From Candidatus Altimarinota bacterium (lineage in GTDB: Bacteria; Patescibacteriota; Gracilibacteria; 1-14-2-50-48-13), in assembly GCA_046314355.1 (NCBI GenBank), contig JBKBWQ010000001.1, positions 448,001 to 512,000 on the forward strand: DNA of 64,000 nucleotides, written 5' to 3'. The notes under the pieces were generated by a model. It did no database searches and was not told where the DNA came from. It worked only from the letters and a program-made list of their open reading frames with translations. Made by a program: the position numbers and the translations under genes. Of this stretch, positions 49,401-61,400 are shown piece after piece (position 1 is the stretch's first letter; every line of letters starts with the position of its first letter).

Positions 49401-52400
49401 TACTCAGGTTTAACTACTATCTCATTATCCCAAAGATCCGGGATACCATCTTCATCTTTATCTGTAGAAGTTGCAGTCTGAAGAGTCTTGCCAAGACCTT
49501 TTGCAAAGTCCTTTACCGCATTTTCATCCGGCTTCTTATCCGGATCCTTCTGAATGAGATTGCCGTCATCATCATACTCATATCCCATGAGCTTCGCGAG
49601 CTGATCCATGATAGGATTTCCCTCTCCCGGCTTCTGCGTTTTATCCTTGATAAATTGTTTCTCAAAAAGCGGATTACTTTCCTGATAGCGGTAATAGAAA
49701 GATCCTTTTCCTCCAAAGGTATCAGATGTTATATTAGCTCCCATACGCTTTGCCTTATCGCCGATAGCAAGATCTGCTCCTATAGCACTCAAGCCGCTAT
49801 TAATGTTTATACCTGCTGTCGCAGCCATTGCTGCAGCGGCATCTCTATAACCTAAAAGGTTTAAGTGATATTCTACAGGTTCTTCAGCAACTTCCATTTG
49901 ATAAGTAATCCGAAGTTTATCGCCATTTTTAAGAGAAAGGTTTTTGAAATACAAACTAAAGAGATTACCTCCGCCGATACCAGAGAGTGTACATTCATCA
50001 GCCAATGAGAGAACTTTCCATGCAGTCTTTCCATTTTCCTGCAATTCACAAGTGATAGATCCAGGCAAGAGGTCCATACTCAGCGGAGTCCTATCAGCAA
50101 GATCAAAACCTTTTATTTCAGGCAGCGTTGTGGATGCAGCGATCTCGTATTTGATCTTATCTCCTTTTCTGATCTTGTTTCCATTGAGATCAGTACCTCT
50201 CTTACTTACTGCAAATTGAGTCGGTGTTGATGTGATTTCATTTGTAATTATAGCTTGCTGAATATTATTTACTGGATTAAGTACTCCAATGATACCTTCG
50301 TTCATAAAAGCAAACGGATCTGTTTTTTTGAGTCTAAAAAGAATATCATCTAGTGCTGCGGTTTTTGCACCTCCAGAGCGTATATACGGCTGCTCACTTG
50401 AGACGAGCATCTTTACCATCTGATTCCGGAGACCATCTACACTGCTGAAAGTTCCTTGAGTTCCACTTAAGAATGATTCATAGCCTTTTTTACCAGGATC
50501 TTCGTTGCTGAAACTATTTGCATTTGTGACTCCCTGTCCTTCTATATTTGGTACAAATACTACATCCGGAGAAGTAGGCATAGCCTTCGGAGCCTCCGAC
50601 TGATCATACAGTTTTGTATTCTGGAAACGGATATATACATCCTCAGCTCCAAGTTCACGGTTAGACATATTTACTCCTAGCGTATCAAGTGTGATCACTT
50701 TATATGGAGTCTTTGATCCGTCAGGAAGTGTTGGAGCAATAAGCACCACTTTCAATTCTTTTTTATCTGTAATAGCAAACAAATCATCAGTACCATTACC
50801 GTCAAAATCTCCCATCTGCATATCATCCACCTTTCCTAGTTCCTTGATAGCATTTACACCCCTCTGATACATACCGTTTCCTAAATTGATGAGAGAGACT
50901 ATTGACCCGTCTGCATAACTCATTGCAGTGTTACTCTCATTTCTAGTCGCAATAATATTATCCTTTCCCGTAGAGACCATCAGATCAAGCTTATCATCAT
51001 TATCTAATTTTGTTACCAGAAGCTTCTTTATACCATCCGGTACATCAAAAATCTCACCAGTGTATTTCCACATGACAGGGTTACCTCCCATATTTTTTAT
51101 ACCAAAGATCTTTCCAGTTTTTTCTGCAAAGAGGATATCCTTGCGTCCATCGCTATCAATATCAAATACCTTTATTGTATTGATGCCGGCATGCGCATGT
51201 TCCATGATGAATTCTCCCACATCATTGGTAAACATATCATTGGTACGGTTGTCTGTAGGCTCGATCTTCAAAGAAATAACAGGATCTCCAATATTGATAA
51301 GTGCCTCTGACATATGTGGAAGAGTACTCTTACCCACACTATTTCCAGCAGCGAAGAGCAGCATATTTTTAAAATCTCCAGTCCACCCTGCACCGCTTCC
51401 AGAATCTGTAAGTGCATCCTCTACACCTATTCCAGTATTACCGGCAGTTGCAGTTTTGGATGTAGAAAGCGTTTGATCTTTTAAGACGAGTGCATATGGA
51501 TTATTCGTAGACTCACCTGTTGCTTCATACCCGATACTAAACCAGTTATCATTCACTCTTTTTTCCACAAAGACACCGTGACCATCAAGTAGCGTAAGTG
51601 CTTCCTGAGTATCTGTAAACGTTTTATCTGCTATCTGAGCTGCTGCTCTTACAGGATCAGTACTTACACTTGTACTCTCTGTGGTCCCAGAGGTAGTGGT
51701 CGTAAGTGTCGCTTTTTCTACAAAATTTGGAGTTATGATGTAGGTGAGAAGTTTTTCTCCATTTTCTTTCAGAAGAGTGAATCCCATTCCTTTTACTATA
51801 CTTGGATCATAACTTAGTTTCGTTTTTTCAAGCAGAGTTGGAGCAAGAGTAGAAGTCCATTGTGCTACAGGAGTGCCGTCCAAAGCAGCTGAAACCACAT
51901 GACCTAGAGTATCGGTAATAATCTCGACTCCCTTCTGCAGACTTCCCCATTCCTTGTGATTTATAAGTGTAAGCACATTTCCAGATGAAGGCAGGATAGC
52001 ATCTGTGCCCTTTACCGTAAGTCTCTCAGGGATTTTCGTAGTAGAGAAAGCAAGATTTGAGAATTTATAGAACTCATGGGCAATATCCACATTGAAGGCA
52101 TTCATGGAAAGATAGAGTGCAGTTGATGGAAGCGGCTGAGTAAGCGCTGTATTAATAGTAAATATATTTGGATTTTTACTTTGAAGCACACCATTTGCGC
52201 CTAGAACAAAAGCTTCATCATAACCAAAGTATACACTTTGCGTAAAGAGAACAGGATCTGCACTGAGAGATACCAATGGATCTGCAACCCGAATGTACAC
52301 TCCTGGTCTCTGGATTGCCTCTCCTATAGTGTTTTTGCCTATGTAGCGAAGAGGCGTATATCTATTATCATTTTTGTATGAAAGTACAGCAAAGGCCTTT

Positions 52401-55400
52401 GTCTCATCCGTCTCCCCCTTTGGAAGCAGTGTAAGATAAAGACCGTTCTGAGAGAGAGCAGATACTTTTATGTCAGCAAGATTTTCCGTTAATGTTCCCT
52501 GACTTACATCCTGTTTTGATATTGTCCAAAGCACTTGCTCCAGAGCATCAGTTTTTTGTATGATCTGTAATTCTGTATCATTATCTTTGACAGAGATCGT
52601 ATTTGAAAAAGTGCTTAATACTGCTGTTCTATTCTCCTTTGCAGATCTTTCCGTCTGAGCAGGGTCTTGTTTTATAGAGATCTGAGGAGCATTTTCATTC
52701 AGTGACATATAGATATTTGCCACTTTTTGAGCCGTAGCATTATCTACTAACCCCAATATTGGAGGAAGGATTTTTCCAGTCTGAGTAAGTTCATTTGTCT
52801 CAGGCACAAGATTGAAATTCTGATTGGCGTTGATGATAAAGAAAGTATCCTTTTTGAAAGACACGATTTCATCCAGATTTACATTTTTCTTTCTAATGCT
52901 GAATGCATTCTGATCTAGATAATAATTGCTATCTAGTATATCCGCATATACTCCTTGGTATGAAGGGTTGTATAAAGAGATCTCTTCGTTCTTATATGGA
53001 AGTACTCTCGTAATTGTACCTGGTTTGAGAAGTATGGAAATACTATCCAATAATGTTCCTGTGGACTTTTCATATAATGATGCTGAGTAATTGCCTTGAG
53101 TATATGATATCTTCCATGAATACGCAGCATCATTGAGCACTACGGATCCGTCACGGGTAACCTTTGCAATATTTTTTTCCTCACTTATATTCCCTTCCTC
53201 ATTTCTCTTCACTTTCCAATACACTCTATCCTGACCATCAATTCTTCTCTCAAGTGTATAGCCTTCTGCGAGGACAGCATTCTTTACTTCATTTCCAGCA
53301 AAATAAATACCAGTTGTATTCTCTCCATTATAGAGCTTCATTGGAAGTACTTGAGGAGAATAGCTTCCCTGAAGTTCAAGAAGAGTTTTCTTTTGACTAA
53401 GGTTGCTCTTATCAGAAAGAACAAGGTTCATCTGGCTATGGTTTTCCTGATATTTATACGATGCTGAATAAAGATTTCTAGATGTAAGTTCAAGTACCTT
53501 TGCTACAAATTCAGGTGGTTTTGCAACACTGAATGCGGCATTGAATTCCTTTAAATTAAATCCCGTAATAGCTCCGGCAACATCTCTATTCCATACCACA
53601 TAAGGATCAATCTTTTTTAGATATGTTCCCGGTGCTTTGTAAGCTATATTCGTGACTTCTTTATTGCCTGTAAAACGTGCAGAGAGCTTGAATGACACTT
53701 TTGCCATCACAGTAGTTCCCTGTCTTAGACTATATACATTCATATCAGGTCCCACCTGTTCTGGCACGATATTCCATGAGGCAGGAGGCAGGATTCTGTT
53801 TTCAAAGGTACTTTCTTCAAATGCCCAAAGTACACTTCCATCTGTATTCTTGATACGTACCTCACCTGCTGTTTCTTCTACTGGAAGTGTTGTTGAGACC
53901 GTACCTTTGAGCTCCTCAGCAGGTACTGCATCTTGAGTACTAGCTGTAAACTCCAGAGGCGACTCTGCAAGCTGTATGTATAAGTCTGCTATCAAAACGC
54001 TGCTGGTATTTCTAAGCTGAAGAACAAGTGGATTTTTCGTATTCAGATTTGTCTGCGTAGGATCCTTGACCGTCAGGACATATGAAGGCTGCACAACCTC
54101 AAGAAAGTGTTCAGGCAATAGTGACAGAATAAGGTCATTTGCCTTTTTTATTTCTCTAGTTACTTCATCGAAGCTGCTGCCCGTATCTTTTATCTCTATA
54201 TATACTCCCTGCTCCTTTGAAGAGTACAGGAGTGACGTCCCTTCAGAATAAGGCAATACTCGAAGCGAAGACGGATCAAGTACTAAGACGCTGTTTCCAA
54301 GTATCTTATTAGAACTTTTTTCCACAATAGAATATTTCACGACATTCGCGGCAAAGCTCCGCTTTACATCAAATCTTATATCATTAATAAGATAGCTACC
54401 GTCAGGATATATTTCCGCAGCAGTAACAGTTTCAGACTCCGTGCGGGCAGGTATGATCACCTCACCATTTTTGGATTCAGGTATGATTGTCACGAATGTT
54501 TTCTTAATACGGATTCGGTCAGCAAGTACATCCGTGTCTACTTTTTCTGGTATCTTTACACTATTTGCAAACTGCATGTCAGCAAACAGCCCTGGCTCAA
54601 CAGTATTAGATAGGATACCTACCTTTATATTCTTTGCACGGAATATCTGCTGCATACTGATAAGATCTCTTGTTTTATTTGACCGGTTGAGATCTTGAAG
54701 TGCATATGTTGATAAGATACCTCCAGAAGATGCCTGTACTTTAATAACTGGCTGAGATTTCTGGTTAGCAGCTGTATTCGCCGCTGCTATGGATGCCGGA
54801 ACATTATTCGGATTTAATATTGTATCTACACCTGCGAGGACAACATTACCGCCTAATATTGTATACAGTGGAGATGTGCTCGCTTCCAGGAATGTACCTC
54901 CCTTATATTGATCCAGCTCTGATCTTGAGACAATTACCTTGTTTACATATCTGTCTTTATCCTCCACTGGAGTTATGATATTTTTACTAGCAAGTATTTC
55001 AGTGGTTTTTTTCAGACTTTCACTAAACTGTATTCCAGTTTTTCCGGTGGATGCCTGTGCTTCATAGTTTTGAGATTCTTTTTTTGACTTTGCAGCTTCG
55101 ATATCTGATTTAAATCCCTTCGATGTTTCATAAATATTTTCCTGAGCAAGGACCACATACATATCCATGACATCAGTTCCGTCAGGAGTTTTCATGGTCA
55201 TCTCAAGCAAGTCCTTTCTGTCCGTATTTACATCAATCTCAGGAGGAAGTCCTGTCGGTAAAAACTGCAGATTATCTCCAAGTACGCCAAGCTCTTTGCC
55301 GTCATATGTAATCACCGATTGTTTTGATGCATCATTCCGGCTAATCTTTGTGTTTGCGGATTTTCTTAAATAGATACCAGGCACAGTCTGAATCTGACTC

Positions 55401-58400
55401 TCAGAAGTAATCTCCTTCACAGGGAGAGGAGCAATATTATACCGCACTCTCATAAGAGCTTTATTTGTATCCTGTTCTCTTATCTCAAGCTGAAATGGCT
55501 CACCTTGATTGTATATCGGAACTACTGCTTTATTTGTAGAGACACCGTCTCCCTGAGGTATATCTATAGCGCCATTGGGCTGCACACGCACTGATACCGG
55601 ATCCTCATGAGAAGAAATAGTAGATGCAGTCACTGCCTGACTCTTTCCGGAAAGAAGCCACCATCCTGCCATAAAGTCTTTCTTTGTAACATCGCCATAG
55701 TTTCCACCAAGCAGGTTGGTATACAGAATATTTGGCCTTAATCTCTGGATAAACTCCTTATAGAGAGTAAATCTGACTGGAATTCTTACGCTGTCCTTTG
55801 AGATAGTATCCTTTGCCTGACCTGAAAGTACGATTGTTACTTCTCCAGTAAACATAGTAGATTTTACTTTCACACGTGCTTTTCCATTTGTAAGAGTTTG
55901 TCCGTAAAATTTCTTACTTCCTGAAGGAAATACTGTGAGCTTTTCACCGTCGCTACCGTCGGATTTCACATCATAGAAATCAAGACCTTCAAAAGGAGAG
56001 AGTTCAAAAAGCACAGGATCATTCGTCTCTATGACATTTCCATATGCATCTTCTCCTTGATACTCAAGCATCATTTCCGTAAGATTTTTTCCTAACTTTG
56101 AGTCCTCAGTCTTAGGCTCTAACGGGCGCTCCACTTGAGATGTAAAGTGTACCTTTGACAAAGGTCCTGCAGTGAACTTCAAAGTAATATTTTGCGGAGA
56201 AAAGCTCTCCTGCTGATCCGTTACGGTAATGTTAGTCTCTCCTGCCTTATGTGACGGCGTAAAAGTAACTACTCCTTTTCCGTCTTTTATCTCAATTGTC
56301 TCTTCGACTTTTTCAAAGTATCCCTGATCCGCATATGATATACGGATCGTTCCATTATACGGGACAGCACTTCCAGATTTATCTGTGATAGCAATATCAG
56401 CAGTAATAGGAGCATCTTCAGTCACCGAGTAGCTTGGCTTTGCATTTCTAATTGTAGCCTTTGCCTGAAGACTTCCTTTTTTATATACTCTGAGTGACGC
56501 AGATTTTTTGATAGTATCAGAGATCTGTAGTCTCAGAGGGATGATATCTACAAAGTCAGGCGCACCTTCAGGCATTTCCCCTGCAGTCATAGTAATCTGA
56601 TTCACTTTTCCTACCATAAAATCTATTGGATTCTCAGTAGTAGTTTTGTTGCCAGGATACCCGTCCAATTTATCTCCGCTTTGAATATTAAGTGGAATAG
56701 CAGGATTCGTAGGAATAACAAACTGTGCCAACTGATCTGATATCGGCACTTCTTTTTTCTGACTATCCAAGAAAGAAAGCGTAATATGTGTTGTACCTCC
56801 TTCTATAAGTACACTCGGATTTACTTTCATATCCACAGACGCAATTTTGCTCTCAACGACCAGGAAGGTAGTTTTTACAGGTGGAAGTTCCAAAGCATCT
56901 TCCGGTGTAATTTCCACGAGATATTTTCCCGCTTCACTAGGAATAGAGAGTGGGACTGCATTCTTACCGATATTTATTCGAGATGTGAGTTTAGTATCAT
57001 TATATGGTTCAAATTCTCCTGTATCTGTATTTTCTTTCTTATATTCAATACTTACTTTGCCTGCTTTCTTCTCGAGAATATTTCCATTGGTATCTACTGC
57101 AGCAATACTTAGGGTATGGATCTTATCATCAGTAGTAAATATTGCTCCTTCACTGAAGCTCTTTTTTCCATTATCTTTTGTAGGAGAATAGAGATACGCA
57201 ACAGAAAGACTATCGCTTGTAGATTTTAATGTAAGCCAGTCAGATACGAGATCAGGAGTTAGTCTCTCAAAAGGCTGATCAGAGTTTGATGTCTTTTGTC
57301 TTACTACATGGAATCGGACCTTTCCTTCAATACCATTCGCTCCAAATGTAGGAAATATATTAAATGTTGCACTACCTTTTTCCGCCTTCTGTATTTTCTC
57401 TGCACTACTCATTGTCACCATTCTATTTGCCTGCTCATCTAGCTCTATCTGAATATAGTCAAAACTATTTCCTTCCAGTATTTGACCATCTCTTGTACGG
57501 AGTTGCGCCTGTACTTTGAGAGGCTCAATACTCTTTGTAGAAAGAATAGTTTTTTTAATATTATCTTTTCCCGATACTTTAAATGTAACTTTATCTACAT
57601 AGTCCTGTACATCTTTAAAACCATTACTGCCATCGATGATCTGAGCAGTACCATTTGTAATGACCCGTGTTTTGCTGTCAGAGAGGAAGACATTATTGTC
57701 TGATGGTGCCCCAACCATTGGCAGTCCGTCTCCATCGATATCCTGAAAAGTATTTCCAACACTCTCCGCCACTTTTCCTGCAGTCTCTCCAAATGCTTTT
57801 ACAGAATTTTCGAATTTTTTAAAATCATCAAGCAGATTAGATCCCCTTGTTACGACATCTTGTCCTGCCTCAGATATTCTCTTGGCAAAAGTCTCGTACT
57901 TTTCGTTATTATTTGGAAAAGTGATCGGCGGCGTAATAGAAGGAAGCCAGCAGTTTATAATAGCACCCGGCCACTCAAAGAGCGGTACTCCTGTTTGATT
58001 ATAGCTGCTGCCTTTCTTACAAGAAGTAACGATATCATTCGGATCTTCAACTTTTACAGCAATAGGATCAGGCATCGTGATCTGAGGCTTCTGCTCTTTT
58101 GTATAGGTAAGATTCTCAAGACCAAGAGGAACTGCATGCGGGAAAGCACTATCTGCGATAATCGTACCTGCCTCAAAACCGGTCTTATCTCCAAAGTAGG
58201 AAGGTACAACTTTTGGAGTATCTCCCTGAGAGAGGCTTTTATCAGAGCTTAGATAATTATGGAGCACATATTTATATTTTTCAGAAAGAGGCAAATGCTG
58301 CCAATAGATTGCAAATGAAAGACGCTGCTCCGCAACACTTACTTTCTTCTTATCATCTGTGATATCCTTTACGATCTCACTCTCTTTCAGTGCTTTATCA

Positions 58401-61400
58401 TAGTCAAAGAAGATATCTTTTAAAGTATTCTTGCCATTAGCAGCTCCTCCTTGAAGACTAGTTTGAGCAACGTAGTCATTAAGATATTGCTGAAAATGTC
58501 TGGCTATTTTTCTTGTCTCTAGAGTTATTTCTGTAATAGTCTTATCCACTGTACTTCGAGAATCTTCAGTCACATACGCAAAGCGTTTTTCCTTCTCAAA
58601 AACATTAAACCAGTCAAGATATGGGAATCTTAGATGTTCATAGTATTCAGTCCATTTTTTAATCACTGCTTTGTATGTAGTCTTCATAATACTATTTCCA
58701 TCCGCATCTGTTGATGGGGTTTGTTCACCTACACTTCCCCACTGTGGTATCGGATCATAGTGGAACATATCCACATAACGAGGACTGTCGACAGGTAGAT
58801 CAAAGGAAGTGGAGTTTTTAAGTTGTTTTGCAATAGTCTCATTTGTCGGCTCCTTATGTTTGATGATACTGACAATCGATTCCTTCTTATCAAGACCTAG
58901 TTTTTCTTCGCCGTTTGGAACCTGCTTCATTGTTCCTACATAGTTCGTAGTAACTATAGGGTCAGCACCTTTTGTTACGATGAGCCATTCTCTCTTATCT
59001 GGCACTAAAGCTGGTGGAAGTTGTTCTCTGGCACCATAATGCCCTTCAATATAAGCAGAAGAAGTATTCTGTAATCTGTTTACATCTGTAACAAGCATTT
59101 TTCTTACAGCCTCCTGAGCAGCACTAAGCGGCATACCATAATCAGCATACAAAAGACATGCCTGATAGCTTGTCTCAGCTTTTACTTCCTCCTCTACAGG
59201 AGTAATACTATATCTATTTTGAGCTTTTATCTGGTCTCGGTAAGGTGCAACATCTTGTCCTTTTGTAGATTGAGTCTCGATACCATTCTGAGGTGCAGAG
59301 TCAAATACTGAACCTGAGAAGAAAGCTCTTACCTTTTGGGAAAGTAGAGACAGATACTGAGATTTGAAATTCGCTTCAATGGATCCAAGATTTATATTGA
59401 TTGCAATAAGAGCAGCTGCCAGATCCTTAGCATTCATTTTGCTATTTGTTGATCCCGCAAATTTTTCTGCTGTTATCTGCATCTGTGGTGCCATAACGCC
59501 ATCTGAACTTGATGGACCCATGATAAAATTCTGCGGTACAGGAGTAGTTCGGTTCTCTCTTGTAATCACCTTAGTTGCCTTTAGAGGCTCATAAGATGGA
59601 GATTCGACACTCTTCGAACCAGCAGTATCTTTGATAGGTACAAGTGCCTTCATAGGCTGACAATCATGTTTTTTATTTGCATCATCCTCAGGATCAAATT
59701 TTGACTGACTAACAGCAAGCTGCACAATAGAAAGAAGCATATTGTATTTTGACTCTTCTGCAGATTCAGGGAGAGTTCTATATACTGCAACCAGCTTATC
59801 TAAAGGATCACTAGATTTCGGATCAGGATTATATCCAGGCTTTTGAATAGCATCCAGTGCAGCAGCAGCAACAGCAAAATCTAAAAATTCTTCAAAAGTT
59901 TTTACCTTCTCTTCCGGATTTTCCACCTTTCTTAATATTGCCACTACACGGTCTATTTCATTTCCACTTTCCCAACGTACATCCGCAGGTGCAGTCTTCA
60001 TACGTAAAAGAATACCTTGCTGGAGTCCACCTTTTTCAAGTTTATCAGCCTGACCGAGACTTAAGAAACCCTTAATAAATCCTCCGATTTTATTTGTAAG
60101 AGCTGTCTTTTGTCCACGTACTGCTTCAATAGTAGCAGTGAGCATTCCCTTTTCAACACTTGCATCTGGAGGAACAGCATCTCCATCATCTGTAAACTTC
60201 AAATTTGGAGCCGTACAGTCTCCAAAATATCCAGATTTATAACCTCCAGAGTTTTTTCCTAAACCTAAACCTGTATTATCAGGATAAAGAGTCTCATAGT
60301 ACTCTGCCTCAGGACGTTTTTTCAGTTCAGAACCGTCATCTTTTCCATACTCCATATATGCATCAGAGGCAATATTATAGAGCTTGTTTGCTTCTACGGT
60401 CTGTGCGGTCGTCTGAGGGAGTCTTTTTGCATATTCTATAAAATCTTTTAAACGAGCAGCATCACCTCTTTCACCAGAAGACATATATTGCTCCCAACTA
60501 AGTATCTCTGCAGGAATATCACTTTTTCTCTGTGTGTCTGCATTCTTAATGGCATTGTCACGTGAATTTTGCGCAGGAGTAGTATCTCCCTTAGCACAGG
60601 CAACTGATCTATCATAGTTGAGCATTGCCCGAGCTCGAGCTATTTCATATTTAGCATTTGCTACATCGTTGGCTTGCTCTACAGGATTTACAGAGACATT
60701 ATAAAATTTTAACCACTGATTTTCTGATTCCAATTTCTTTTCATCTTTTTGTATCTCTTTTTCACGTATATCCCAATTATGTCTTTGTGAATTACTCGGA
60801 CACGGAGGAGGATTACCAGTGCTATCTTTTACAGGGGTAGCCTTCATAGTATCGATTTGTACCTGCAAAGGCGTAATATCAAATGCGACTTGTGCATCCA
60901 CTTTTTCATTTCTCCATCCTGAACCACCGGGTCGTCCTTCATAAATCGGATCATTCCATCCTTCCACACTTGGATCTCCTACAGATTCTTCACCTCGTAC
61001 AAATAGTCCGCCTTCCGGAGCACCACCTACGAATATGGTACAATCTTCAGCCGTAAACGGTTTATTAACAAGATGCAGTACTGCCTTCCGGTATGGCTTA
61101 TAAGTAGAATTTTCAATTGTTTCTCCACTTATTTTTCCTGACCACACCGTGTCCCAGATAGCCCTTAATTCAAAAAATGGAACTGGCGCTTTTATATCAT
61201 CTACGTACTCAATATATTTTTCCTGAGTTGCATTTGGATTATAATATACCGTAGGCTCAGTCCGGCTGCCACCTTTTATTGATCCGCCAAAGTATCCACT
61301 ATATCCTTGAAGTTTATAATCAGCCTTTGCGTCTCCTTCAATATGCACTTTTACCTCATCAAAATCCTGACCTGTAAAAGGTATATATCTGTTTCTCGAT

